From assembly GCA_973895155.1 (NCBI GenBank), contig OZ316895.1:12957363-13021362 (forward strand): 64,000 nucleotides of DNA, in the 5' to 3' direction. The stretch is from Marsupella aquatica. Lineage: Eukaryota; Plantae; Marchantiophyta. Positions 37,700 through 51,162 of the stretch are shown piece by piece. The position numbers and the translations under genes are program-made. Under the pieces are notes generated by a model. The model was not told the origin of the DNA. It saw nothing but the letters and a program-made list of their open reading frames with translations, and did not search any database. The stretch's first letter is position 1; each line of letters begins with the position of its first letter.

Positions 37700-38160
37700 G
37701 CTTACACCTTCGAGGGATAATGCACTCGACGGCTCGCGCCTTACACCTGCCCGGGATCATGGAGACATGGACTCGACGGCGTCCCTTGCTTACTTACACC
37801 TTCCGGGAGATCATGGAACATGGACTCGACGGCGTCCTTCCTTCCCGGGGATCATGGAAACCTGGACTCGACGGCGTCCCTCCTTCGCTTGCTTACTTAC
37901 ACCCTCCCGGGGATCATGGAGACATTATTGACTCGATGGCGTCCCTCCTTCCTTCTTACTTACACCTTCCCGGGGATGATGGAAACATGGACTCGACGGC
38001 GTCCCTCCTTCGCTTGCTTACTTACACCCTCCCGGGGATCAATGAAGACATGGACTCGACGGCGTCCCTCTCTCCTTTGCTTACTTACACCTTCCCGGGG
38101 ACCATGGACTCGACGGCGTCTCATACCCTGGCTTACTTACACCTTCGCGTGGATCATGGG
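37700..38160. repeat. CpG-rich tandem array, ~7-8 copies of a 42-65-bp unit
   Basis: Unit cttacttacacc(t)tcccggggatcatggagacatggactcgacggcgtccctccttcg. The core gactcgacggcgtc lies at ~37770, 37823, 37865, 37930, 37990, 38053 and 38107. Confidence 0.93.
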
Positions 38161-38399
38161 CTCGAGAGTCACCCACTCCCTAGGCTCGGCACTGCCTCTG
38201 CCGGTGTGCTGCTCAATGCTCGCCAATCTGCCTCGTTCGTGAGCTTTTCGTACGTACGCGTTTGAACAAAACAATGCTTATTAAACAGCCTTTTGAGTCA
38301 ATGGTCCGTCTGATACTCCAGATACATGAATCTAGTTTGTTTATTATTGGAGTCCCTGTCCCATGCGGGTACGCTCTCCCATTTGGAATGGTCAAAACC

Positions 38400-40450
38400 C
38401 AAGCCAAACTCACTCACTCTTGGGGTTGCCCCTTTACTGTTCAGCAAGATGGGGTGGGGGCATGAAACTGTTCCCTTAGGTCATCTCCAGCGTAGCCTGT
38501 ATCCTTCTACAGCTACAATAAATTGTTGTATCAGATACACACAAATATCATTTATGGGTGGTTCTACTAGGGGTCTCAAACTTCTGGTTTTGGCTCACTC
38601 ATGGTCACAAACGTTTGTCCGAAAGTAAAGGAGTGGACTTCCACAAACTTGTCCTATCACTTATATGACCAAATTTTATAGCTTAAACCTTTGGACTGGG
38701 GACCTTTCTGCAGCCCTTCAGGTTTGACACGCCCCAGTATGCCACTGGCAGGTATACCCCATTGATTTCAAACATTTGGGCTACTTCCAGTTCCTAATGA
38801 CGGATCTCATTTCCACATGATGCTCTTTGTTCGTTGACCTACTAGTAAAACTAAATTATGTCCAAATCAAGACCGAGACTTTGTATCAGATAAGCCCCTA
38901 ACCCAAGTTCAACTTGTTCAGTTTATGTAGAAAACTGTTGTCGATCACCTTAGACGTCATTGGATATATTAAGGAAACACGACAATCATTGCATATGCTC
39001 ACAAGCTGTTTCCAAAAATTTCTCTCACCTGAAGAATAGTGGTCACTCTTATTGATGAATTAAAAGACGTAATAGACAAAGCTAGAGAATATCTCATTTC
39101 ATATATTCACAAGTGGTATACAACAGTTGAGCTTCCAACTGCACTAGACATCTACTCAAACTACTGTAGAGTTCAAATTCCTTACAATGTTGTGTCATTT
39201 GGTGCCCACATTTGTCCCATCTCATATTGGTATTCTGATTAAACTGCATGCATATTTTATGTGCGCCCTAAGAATATTGCTAGTCTGGGCAAGGCTGAGT
39301 GAAAAGTCTACACTCATATGTTATTTATGATACATGCATAATGTACTTATCTTTTTCATTTGGACATTGCACTTCACCTAACTGTTTCCCCTATCACCTG
39401 GGAATTTCCCAAGTCACCCTTAGATTATCCCTCCAGACAAATGGACAGACAACATCATTGTCTGTCTAGTACCTCACTTCCTTTGGGAACAATCCAATAC
39501 ACATATCCAAAATGTAACTACTATAACTAAAGCAATGTGCTGGGAAGCCAATTGCTCCAAAAGACCACAAAGTAGTGTTGTTGACAGAAACTTGACCTTA
39601 CAACACTACCTATAGCAACCCCTGGTACAGCCAGATCATCAGTCAGACCTGAAAGAAATCCCAAATCCAGCACAGATTGGAAACTGTTTGATTATATTTG
39701 TCTACCAATCTGATATGAATAGGAATCTTCCCTTGATTCATCTACGTTCTTGGACCTTTACAAGGACAACCAGGCTTGACTTAAAATCATGTTGTCCATT
39801 CAGAAAATATACAATGTGATGGGGCTAGGATCATGGGTCACTACCTCATCCTTGGTTGGGTCCATCGTTGCAATGTATGCTTGATCTACAGGATAATGTG
39901 ACCAAAATGATGCTAATCTCATTGATTGCGGATGTCATTTTTTGATTTTTTTAAGGGACAAAAAATGGTCATTTGGTTGCCCTCTGTACAAAGGGTTATC
40001 TCAAGAAAGAGGAAATAAGACTTTTCTTTGTCTTGTGTAATGAGAAAAGTGATAAAGAAATACAAAACCAAGCCCCCTTTTGGATTAGTGGTTGTTGATG
40101 TTTGCAATTTTAGATTGACAGCCTTCTAGCTACTATAAATCCCTTGCCCATTCATGCTTTTCCTGCTTATGAGAGGTTTCTTCTTTTTGGGGGTAGCTAA
40201 AGCGCAAGTGTCTTTGGTGTGCTTAGAACCTGTTAGTATTGACAAAAGTCTTGTAACCCACTCCTTACGCACCACACGTATGGCCCGCACACCAACAAAA
40301 GGGTTGTCATCTAAAGTATGCAAGGTGGCAGGTGGCCCCAGTCCAAGGAGCTATGCTTGATTATCTTCATTACTGGAGTCAGTCCTAATCTTTACCAATT
40401 TGAAAGAAAGATAAGCATCAGAACACTACCTTTACTCAATATGAAAAAAC
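38400..40450 (-). mobile_element. Very decayed LTR-retrotransposon (Gypsy-like) pol remnant
   Basis: Faint ordered motifs on the minus strand: SVLDL.GFFQV (~39680-39645), TTLW, WIVPKG (cf. WLVMPFG, ~39490) and KC.V.MKKI.. (cf. KC.F....I.YLG, ~39360). The sequence is strongly CpG-depleted with no open frame. Confidence 0.35.
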
Positions 40451-43400
40451 TGAAAGACTCCATGATTTATGTTGGGTCAGTTGTTTCTTGGTAGATGAAC
40501 ATACAAAAGCGAAACACACATAGAGGGTTGTCAATCTTTGAGGTTTCTCTAACACCATTCACTGCAGCTACAGTAGTCCCGCCTCTCTGCTTTGCTTTCC
40601 ATCTTAGTCACCTACACCTAAAGTGCCCTTTGGGATCCACAATATCAACTGTACACATAGCCTGAATGTGCACTGTTGGGCAAAGATTGCTTGTTCATGC
40701 TATTGTGATTTATAGGACAATAAATAGTTATCAAAATGAGCGCTGCCCACTCCTTTAATCAGCCCGTCCTGAAAATTGGTTTGGACATTTAATAGCAACT
40801 TCTGAGGTATATGATTGATGGGACAAAAGTGTTACTTTATAGAACAGATGAGTGATCCAGACCGTTGATAGACCTTGATAGACTTCAAATCAATGTAGCC
40901 AAAAACTCAAGGGTCCGATTAAGTAGAACTTTTTATTTTGGGGTTTATCAAGCAAACACCTCCACAAATTGCTGAGAGAGAATGCAGAGTTATTCTAATT
41001 GCAAAATGCCCTCAACAGACTGGAAGAACCATATTCCAAAAGGTCAAAATTAAAGTTAGAATATTTTAGTCATAACGCAAAGCATTGTAAAATCCTCCCA
41101 CTCAGGAGATCTCCTAAGTCACAGCTCTCCTAGGTAGGAGACCTTTACGATCTACATCAGTTAGTCCCATACAGTATTGTGAGAATCAGGCGGAATATCC
41201 ATGGTCCTTATTGGGAAAGTAGAAAATGTCCGTTTGTAGACCTGCGTGCTCTTCTTTTCATATTGGCTTTCTCTTTAGTATAGTATAGTATATATGGTAT
41301 ACTATTGCGTGTCACAAGTCAGTAAGAAAGTGCATTCGGCACACAAAAATCTGGTACGTGTCCCTTCTTGGGGGGCCAGCCGGATATGCGTCTGCATCTT
41401 ATTTGGGATGGGATATAAATGTAGGAATAAATTGTAAAGAATATAGAGAACTGAAATGAATATCAACAATCAATCAATCACGAATGAGAATCAAAGACAG
41501 TCGGGATTCTCTCAATGTGGTCCGTTGGATGCTAAGATGGACGGCCCATATCGATCTCTTACAAATCAGAATATTGCCTCGTCCGTACATTAAAGTGAGT
41601 GGTTAAGGCTGTATGGTACGGTCCTTAGCGGGAGGTCTTCTGTTTACGACTGAGCTTTCTGTCCTTAAAACTCTTTTTTCCTTGCTGGCCGGTTTCCGCG
41701 ATGTGGCCGTGTCTTTTTCATCATCAGCCTCTCTTCTCGTCCGCAAACCTTCAGTTCTTTCTTTCCTGGTCTGGAATTTCGTTATCATTTGGTTTAGTCT
41801 CGTGCGGAATCTATCTATTCTATCTATCTACTCGTAAAATCTATATATTCTAGAATTGAAAGCCCCCATGGACCACAAGGTTAGTCTTTGAAACCCCATC
41901 ACATTTCCCAAAATTTGAGTTTAATTTAATACCTTGGTATTCATAAATTAAAGAAAAAATTGGCTTTGGGATATGCTAGAGGAGTAGATAACCTACAGTT
42001 CAATTAAAGTGACACTGAACCTTTGGTTGTGTTTTTCATCATAAAATGTGGAGGGAATAATTCCATTCCATTAATTTTCATTTTGTAACTATGAAATATT
42101 TGGGCTTGATACTTTTTTTATGTCTCTTCCTTCTCTAGTTACCTTGCAGGTTCAAGTTATGGGCTCCAAACTCCCATTTACCACAAAAATGTGATCCATT
42201 TAAGCACTGTCTCCAACATTGTGGTTCATCATGGATTTAGTTTTCATGTATTCTATCTAGCTATCTAAATCTAATGTATTATATAAAGTGCACAAGGACC
42301 CTGGCAAGGACATAGGTCTAGAGTGAAGCCTTGGCTGCCACTCTCAGGGCACAGCCACAGTAAGGCAGGGATGAAAGTGGAAATGTGCTGGAGAATACTC
42401 ATCACTAGCTATTTTGGGGCAAAGCTTGAGCATTTGTTTATATAGTAAAGCTAAAGAAAATTATCTAGAGTGAAGCCTCTCGACCGTGACTCAACAGGGA
42501 AAAACTATAGTTGGGGTGGGACTGGAAACAGTAGTTAGTATCTATTATAATTTGCAATGGAAATTTACCTTTCATGACCCGCCCCATTGAAGCTATAGAC
42601 CATAATTTCCTTGGTAAGAGCAATTTTGATATTTAGAGTATGCTTGTGAGTAAGGGCAGGCACTTGGAGTCAAGGCATGGGGACCACTTCCTAAGTAAAA
42701 TTGGGTGCCTCAAAAGAAGCCAACTACTTATGGAGAACAAGTATTGTGCCCATGCTAATAAGCAGAGGTGATGAGCTAATAAATGAAACTAATGTGATTG
42801 TAGAAAACTCAAAATATCATCTTAAAAATACAATAGTTTCGTTTGGCATGGTTTCTATGTGTCATCCAAATTTGAGCTACTCTACATAAGTATCATGTAG
42901 TTATTCTTTCCTTATTCCTACAATGAAAGTCAATCTTTCAAGCTAGTGTAAGTAGATAAACCATCCCCAAGGACTAACCTGAGCTATATTTGTTGTCCAT
43001 GTGGGATTCTCGATTCTCTCTTGATTTCCTTCTCTTCTCCAATTCTTTCTCTCCATTCCTCTCATCTTTCCCTTATCATTTACACTTCTTTCTGATCTTG
43101 GTCTTCATGTTCCTAATTCCTTTCTCATCTTTGTTGTTTGGTTTACTGTTTGGTTTGCTGTTCTTTCTGGTCTTGTCTTTCCTTCTCATTTTTTCTCTTG
43201 TTTGTGGACTTTGGAGCATTCATTTGACCCTTACAGCCTTAGGACTAAAGTTCATATTTAATCGCAATTAGTCTAACCATAGTCAATTACTTGGTTAAGG
43301 TTACATGCCCTACTCCTACATTTATTGGCAGGACTTAGGTGACTGGACCTTAGGCTCACTATCATGGAGCCAGTTGACAGATGGAGAGAGCTTAGTTTGT

Positions 43401-45975
43401 GTAGACTCGGTATAATTGACAAGTTTATAGTTCAAAAAAGTTCTCTTGTGTATTTCCATGGAAATAGCTTTTGGAAAGTGAACTAAATATTTCTTGTACT
43501 GACTACTTGTGAGTTATTTGAATATTATAGATGTGCATATTGTCTTATGAACTCTAACAGTTGTTTGCTTGACAAATTATGGGCCATAATTAACCCCCTA
43601 CTCAGCCATAATCCCCTGTTCAGCCTGGCCAGAGGATACACTCATTTATGTCCCTTGTGTTATTTGGCCCACATCTGGAGGCTCCTCCCAAGCATAAATT
43701 TGTCTAGAAGGTCTCGAGTATATGCTGGATGGGATCCCTGCCAGAACTTATTTGCATGATGGACCCTACAAAAGCTTTGTTACCAACTAGGACCCCTCTC
43801 ACATTGTTGTCAAAAGTTTTTGTAGCAATTTCTGTAACCCGTTTTACCTTGATATTGTCACACCAATTACTATTGGGAAGTTTAGGGTCAATAGTGCTCA
43901 AAGCATGAACTACACCGTCAGAAACTCCGCTCAATCATGCTAGAATGCATGAGAAACTACAAAGTGTGGGGAACTGCAAAATAATACTCATTGCCACCAA
44001 AATTGCACTATAACTTAAGTGGAGACAATATGATTAATATCTACCGGTTTGAATTTTTACTGTACTGCAATTTTCATTAAGTTTACTTTCACACAAGCTA
44101 GCTATGCACATGATTTCCATGATGTTTTTCTTAGTGCTGTTGTGCGTGCATATTAAAAGGAGGCTAGACAATGTGCATTCTTCTTCATCCTCATACCTTG
44201 TCCTGCACCATGTCTATCACGTCAATTGGTAATTTTGGTCAATGGGGCACTGTAGTATTTGGGTACTGTCAATCCTCATTGTGCACAATGAGTAGACTTG
44301 ACATTACAATGCGCAGATTCTAGTGTCACATTCCACATGCGCACATCTCTGACCAGGTCAGCTGAGAAAGATCCACCTGAGGAGGTAGACCATAGACTAC
44401 ATCTCTGGTGTAGATGGGATGTCTGTGAGGTGGATCATCCTTAAAGTTCATGGACCACCACCAGAGGACAGGCCTTGGTTTGGACGGAACAGGAGACATG
44501 CTCAGACTCTGACAAGCACTTGAATGGGAAGAGTACTAAACAAGGTTTGAGTTTCAGTCTAAGAGTTTTTTAATAAACCACAAAAGCCCCCAAGCCCTGC
44601 CCGTGCATGCTGGCCAATCTGCCCAAGTGGGGCAGATTGCAGGGACTTTGGGCCTTGCCTGTCCCTCACAGGGGCAACCAACAACACCTAGCAGTACGAG
44701 TCTAGGTGTTGTTTGCAAGGCTGCTCGGTCACAGTTTGACAAAGCTCTAGGGATTTCTGAAGATTGTAGCTTCAACTCATGCGCCCTTTCTTGGCAGTCG
44801 TCTCTCTCTGAAGCTTTTGCAATTTTGGAACGTCATGTGACTCATTTGTTTCATGGCAGGACAATGGCACAAAGTAGGAAGTTGAGAGTGATGTTGACAA
44901 AACATGAAGATGGAATCTACACTTTGTCTTGGCAGGATCCTAATCATTTATAGGGTTCTCTACCCATAGTCTGGACTGTCACGTACACTGTAAGGTTCAG
45001 ATGATTTCCCAGATTTATGTATTGTACTTGGGGAGTGTCATTCTGATTTGAATCCTTGTAGTTCAGTTAGAACAGTTCATGATATGTGTTGCTTACAATG
45101 GAGAGACTCTCGTAAAAAGAGAACTATTGCAGGTCTACATTCACTTGGCCTAAGTGGTAGGCTTTACCAACATAACCAAATTTCATAAAGTGGTTGAAGC
45201 TTAAGTGAAGGCAACTTGGCATGATGAAGGGCAAGAATTTGTAGTATGTATTCCTCCCTAATTAGTCATAGAAAGTCTCCTGTATGTATTGTTTCAAATT
45301 GTTGTGTATGACTAATAAACACTTTTGCATATACAATACAATTCCTACTGGTTGATAACATAAAGGGTTCACGTCCCCTTGGTAGTACATGGAACAACAC
45401 ATAAATTACTTGATAGCATTATTGGTGATAATATTTGCAAATTTTATATATAAATAGAACTCTTGCTGGTTGGCAACTTGAGGAGTTTGATCAATTCCCC
45501 TCAAGAGTACATGTTACATGCATGATTAAGGAATTGAGTGTTTCTCACAAGCACCAAATTTGGGACTAGCTCCAATTTATTTTAAAATTTCCTAACTTTG
45601 TTCCATTTCACCTGCCTCCACTACTCACCATGTCCGAAGCTCCTCAGCCGTAGGTCGCACACAATTGAGCAGCCATTTCACAATGGTAGATTGTGTTGTG
45701 TCTGGTCCAAGCAATCCTTGGAGGTCCTCCCACTCATCCCACCATTCAAGTGGGATCTGCATTTTTGGCTTGGCATCCAATCCTCGTTTCTTCTTGTAAT
45801 CTATATCATCACTTAGACAGCACAATCTTGGTGGATCCGAGTTTCTTCCTCCAATCTGGAAGATTGGGGGGCTGGCGTCCGGTGCTCATAGAACAATATC
45901 CTAAAGCCAAACCGCTACCTATAAGAAAATACCCCTAACATCTAAGGAAATATCCCTAGTAACCTCTACAATAGA

Positions 45976-46319
45976 TGTTGAGCATAGACGACATTCGTAA
46001 CAGCAAGCCCATGAACCATCCAACGCACAATAGTCAACACAGAGAGATACGTGGTTCACCTCTACATGAGGCTATGTCCACGGGAACACACAAGAGCTTT
46101 ACTGCACTCTAGGCCGACCGGCTATACCAAGCATCCGTAGCACAAGCTCTCCCTATCTCTCAACTAGCTCCGTAACAATGAGCCTAAGTTCCACCAGGGT
46201 CTGGCATCAGCCCTGGCAATATACACACCAACACTACCGCTAACATTAGCTAAGTCCTAACCCGAGTTAGACTAACTGTGGTTAGCTCATGAGTCACAAG
46301 ACTAGAGCAATATCTAACA
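45976..46319 (-). mobile_element. Solo LTR (344 bp), same family as 3418-3749
   Basis: TGTT...AACA termini with perfect 5-bp TSD ATAGA (45971-45975 and 46320-46324). The reverse complement begins tgttagatattgctctagtcttgtgactcat versus tgttaaggattgctcttagtcttgtgactcat, and both share aggtgaaccacgta. Confidence 0.88.
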
Positions 46320-47229
46320 ATAGAGACCGGATGCCAACCAAACCTAGTAAGACAAAATAATGGACAAAACAAAAATAATGAACAAATTATATAAAAGGAA
46401 AGGGAAGAGGCCAGGCAAGAAAGAGTAACTTGGGGATTCGATTTTGCAAACGAGGCATCTGTTGAGCCACATTGCCCCTTTGCCCCCACGTCCCTCTTCC
46501 CTATTGCCTCTTAAACCTGAAACCCTAACTTTTTGCAGAGTCCTAAGAAGTCGGTGGCTGTTTTTTGTTTCGCTCGGGTTTATGCTTTGGCACTCCAATA
46601 GGGGAGCAACTGTAGATGCAGAATGTGTACTTTTTCACTCTGTGTGAGTAGGGAGTGAACCTTGAACCTGCTGGTTGGAAGGCAAAAGTGCTAACTAATA
46701 CGCTATGGAAAGTCTTTGAGGTAGTGTACTACCTTGTCAACTGTAAATAAAGTGTACAACTTGATAGCAATCCTAATTGGCCTAGTCCAGGCCCTTGTTT
46801 GACTTGCTTTACGTGGTTGCTTACACAAGTTCTTGGCCGGGTCACCCGATGGTAATGCCGGCCACCTATGCCTACCCAACTTGCTCAAAAATTCAAATTT
46901 CAAATTTTTGGCCTCCACCAATGAGATTATTGGGATTAGCTTTACCATTTTCTACCTCATCTTTCATCGTTTGATAATCTGGTTTTTCTTGAGATGTAGA
47001 TCTCAAAGATATTTGCATTTTGAGCCATTTGATAAACAGGTGAGAATTATCATGCTCCCAATTGGAGGGCTCCAAAAGGGCGTCGAACCATGGAGTACCC
47101 GGAGTCACCGAAAGTACTTATAAAGTGAATTGTGATTTAAGTGTGGTTTCTCAAGTTGTTTCCAAGTTATTTTGCTCCATAAATGGCTCATCTTTAGTTT
47201 CGGTGGAGTGTTGTTCCTTTCATGTTTGA

Positions 47230-47630
47230 CTTCTTGTTACTTAAATTGCCTAGATGAAGCATTTGCACGTACTATTGAGAGTCGCCTCTCAATCATATTA
47301 ATGTGACACCCAAATAGATTGCTTGAATGGAGCATCTTTATTTTTTGTCAAGTGTCGTTCATCAAGTGATTTTAATTGCCTAAATGTCGTTTCTGTCTAG
47401 TTTGATTGTTTCGATTACGTTATATTAACTAGTACCTAAATGGATCATCTTTTACCTTAATTCTTCAAAGACTTGTTTTCCACGTTATATTAATTGTGTG
47501 AATATCTTTACCTTCTATGGAAAGTTATTTTCCATGTTAGTTTAACTTCCTAAATGGATCTATCATACATATTTTTTGTGTAGTATTGCTATTTTATGTT
47601 ATTTAAATTGCCTGAATGTATCTCTAGTTT
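47230..47630. repeat. Degenerate short dispersed repeats
   Basis: Variants of tt(a)aattgccta(a/g)atg at ~47241, 47371, 47430, 47541 and 47602. Confidence 0.5.
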
Positions 47631-49282
47631 CTGTGGACTGTGGAAGTGTTTCACCTGAATTCATTTGGTCAAGATTATGTCCCTATACCACAACAACTCT
47701 CCCAGGCCCCAAATAAGTCATAAGATGTAATCTTTTTGGATTGTAGAAGCATGTGCAAACATTGCATCCTGCCTTCACACCATTTGTACAACATTTTTTG
47801 CAATGGAAGTAGAGTCGGCAAGAATTTTCTTAATTGGGAGAGCGATTCAATAATTTGAACAATTTGAGCGTTGCTTACATTCACGGACTCTGATGAATGG
47901 TCATGTAGTTTCCTAACTTAAAGCAAAAAACTTCTAAACTAGAGTGTGTTGATTTAACAAACCTATAAGACAATTCTCCAGGAGGTCACCTAGGAATAAT
48001 GAGGACCCATCAAAACCTAACATTGGAGAATATAATGGTGGTTTGGAGGCTCATTGTCATTACATAAATCCCAAACTCCCAGAACATCAAACATACAACA
48101 ACATCAATACTCAAATTCTTGTACCTCTTGACGGATATGTTGATTGTGCCTTGGAGAGCTTTGTGATGAACCAAGAGTTGTCATATCAGGGAAGATGGAA
48201 CCTTTTTTGTCAGATGATGGGAGTGTAAGACAACGTCCAATTCACATTAAAATTTTGAACCCTTGAAACTGGCAATGCAGGCTAGCATAATGAACAGAGA
48301 AATTGAATCTCAGGCTCTGCATGGCATGGACATTGCAATGTAATTGCCAAGCTAAGTCCTCCAACTATACAGTGAAAAAGAATAAAATGACAAAGCCCCA
48401 AGCTACTACTGTAGCAGTACCTCACTAGGTAGGGTTTGTTGTAGAAGCTCATACAACCAAGGTTAAACAACATGGGGCTTTTGGTCAAATGATGCCGGTG
48501 CTTTCACATTACATCCAATAGCACAAGGATCATGATAAACTTGGCTAGGTGCAATTAGTCTTGGTGATGTAAAGATTGGTGAAATATCAAAGCTTCTAAT
48601 ACAATATGTGGATCAAATTTTGAACATGACTAATCATTACTCAAGACATGATCTCTCAAGCTCACAATGTAATACCCTCCTCTTGACAATTTGCCTTATT
48701 GTTCACTTGGGAGAAACCCTAGGATGGAAAGCCATCCTATAATTACAACTTTTTGCTAGCTCAAAATAAATATAAATCACCAAGCACAAGGGAAAATCAA
48801 GATGGCATGGAGAGCCTAGCAAACTAGCTTTTGTCAAGAATCCAAATGGCCCCTAGATGATACTCATTAAGCTTGAATGCCCCTAGCTCTTGTTGTTCAC
48901 CTTGAAAGTCCATGATGAATCCAAATGCCTCCCACTACCCATTCAAATGCCCCTTGGCGCTTCTAGCCCGACTACTAGTTCAGCTAGAAATGTTTAGGAT
49001 TGATGATTAAAGACTAACAAATCCGAATGGCCCCTCCTGCAGCAAAAACCTTTTCACAACCTAAGGGAACAATCTCCAACCTTGAATGCCCTCCTCAAAT
49101 CCCCTTGGCGTCACAAATCAAGAATCTTCAATAACCTTTGGATCAGGAAATTATCAACAAAACCCAACCGGTTCCCTCTCACAACAAAATCAACACAAAA
49201 GGCTACAAGAATATATGACAAGGAGAACCGATTGTCACATAGAGGCAAAACACCTAAACCTTAAAGTTTAAAGACATGTATA

Positions 49283-49575
49283 TATCTCGGGGGGTTGACT
49301 ATAAAAAATCTTAGGAACCACGTGCGATCCAAAATAGGTATTTTGGATAGAACTTAACTAAATTTTTAAAAAGCGTAGGAGGCAAAAAAAAGTATTATAA
49401 ACTCATGTTTATAGAATATTTTCTAATATATACCTTTTATAAAGTAAAATAGGTTATTAATATTGAAAATAGAGAATATTCTTTGAATATTTTCTTTATA
49501 AAATAGGTCTATTTATATTAGGCTAGGATCGCACGTGGTATCCCAAAATATACACTTAGTTAACCCCCCGAGGTA
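49283..49575. mobile_element. MITE (~295 bp) with terminal inverted repeats in a TA context (Tc1/Mariner-like by inference)
   Basis: Left tatatctcggggggttgacta versus reverse complement of the right end tatacctcggggggttaacta. A second inverted pair accacgtgcgatcc / ggatcgcacgtggt (~49317 and ~49526) flanks an AT-rich interior. Confidence 0.85.
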
Positions 49576-49599
49576 TATATGTTTACTGCCATGGTATAT

Positions 49600-51162
49600 T
49601 TTTGTTTCGCCGTCAGAATGTACCCATAAATCAGTGACTCCTGACTGGTTCCTAACTTAGGGACTTCTAAGCCATCGCCCACTACTCTGCCATTCCACTC
49701 CCAGCAATTATAGGTATGACAATCTCCACCCAACCCACTTCAATGCACCCGGTTCACCTCTTAGCTAGTGGCGCTACTGGTCCCATCATACACTTAGATT
49801 GCCTCACACACACACACACACACACATCCATGAGAGAAATGAGGTATTCAACAATGTGCACAATAGATCATTGAGAATACTTGATCAGTGGTGGCACTTA
49901 CAGGTCTCACACCTCCAATTTGGAATGTCAAGTTACGTACGCATACACAGTTGACTCAACTTTAAAGCTAATAGCAGGCCTAATGACAATCTATCCAAGA
50001 CTGCAACAAGGCCTGGCCTTGTACTTGCTCTGCAAGCTCAACTTTGACCATACATCCCTTAGTGCTCTCTACTTGACAAAGGCCGAGACTCCCCATGGAT
50101 CTTGTAGCAAGACTGAACTGGAAATCCTTCTCTTGTTGCACCTCAATCAGTGTCTCAGCCTTCCTACTGTGCTCACCGCAAAACCAATCAAAATTCTCCC
50201 TATAGTTTACAATCACCAATACATCACCTATCACCAAGGTTCTGTATTGGAGGAAAAGAACCCAATTGTGCTCCTACTAGAAAGAGCCTAGCAAACCTAG
50301 GCGCAAATTGTTGCTGTGAAGCTTGATTGATTACTCCCTGAGTAATAGCACAACCAAGCTCTCCCCAACACACAGCTTCCAAGTTCAGTCTTGCTTGCAA
50401 ATGGCTCTTTGTTGTTGCTCAGTCTAAGTGAGATCACACAACTAAAGCCCCCTACTTCTACCAGGGGGCTGCTCTATATACTCTCACACTAAACCCAAAT
50501 GGGTGAATGCTATGCTCCTAGAGCCCCATCCCAGCCCTAACAAAGCCACCACTATCTCTAACTACTGAACCCTAACTTGTCACTCTATTTCCATATCAAA
50601 TTGACTATGTACTTTGGATTTGGCCCTCCTTCATAACATTTGTGAGCTCATGCCTCTTCCAATTTCTCTATGCAACTATTTGTTGTGTGAATGGTGGCGT
50701 CGGAAGCAGCTTGAGCTCCTCTTTCCAATGAGGTCAATTATAGCTGATTTGGTAGAATACAAAGACAATTATACCCCCGCAACTGAGTGGGAGTATAAAC
50801 TATTGCCCTAACCTGAGTTACATAGCTAACTCAAGTTTGACTAACCTAGCTATCCTATCTAACCCAAGTAGAGCTAACCTGTGGCCTCGGGCTAAGCCAC
50901 TACACGCTAACCTTTATTCGCTAACCTAGGCTAAGTTGGGCCCAAACCCGAGCTGACCTATGCTAACCCGGGCCCAAGTTTAGGCTAACCCAAACCCGGG
51001 TTAAGCCTAAGTTGAGGCCATGCTCACTTGAGCTAAGCCGTGGCCAAGCTCACCTAAGCTAAGACGTGACCCAAAACTAAGTCGTAGCTGAGCTTAGGTT
51101 AATCCAAAATTGAACCCAAACCGACTAAGTAATTATGACCACAAGCTAGTTAACCCCTCACA
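49600..51162. mobile_element. LTR-like remnant with (CA)n tract and gctaacc/gctaag sub-repeats
   Basis: Dense short repeats at 50800-51150, a terminus-like ...aacccctcaCA at 51162 and (CA)n at ~49805-49826. No TSD was found and the left boundary is uncertain. Confidence 0.35.

Noticed and set aside
37620-38265. ORFs of 103-181 aa in the tandem array
   Set aside because: They are open only because the repeat unit lacks stops in those frames. Unit lengths are not multiples of three and the frames interconvert.
41810-42947. Possible Helitron ends (A|TCTAT... and ...CTAG|T)
   Set aside because: No convincing subterminal hairpin and several alternative ends, so boundaries cannot be supported.
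48669-49276. TGTAATACCC...GACA candidate solo LTR
   Set aside because: No matching target-site duplication at any candidate right end.
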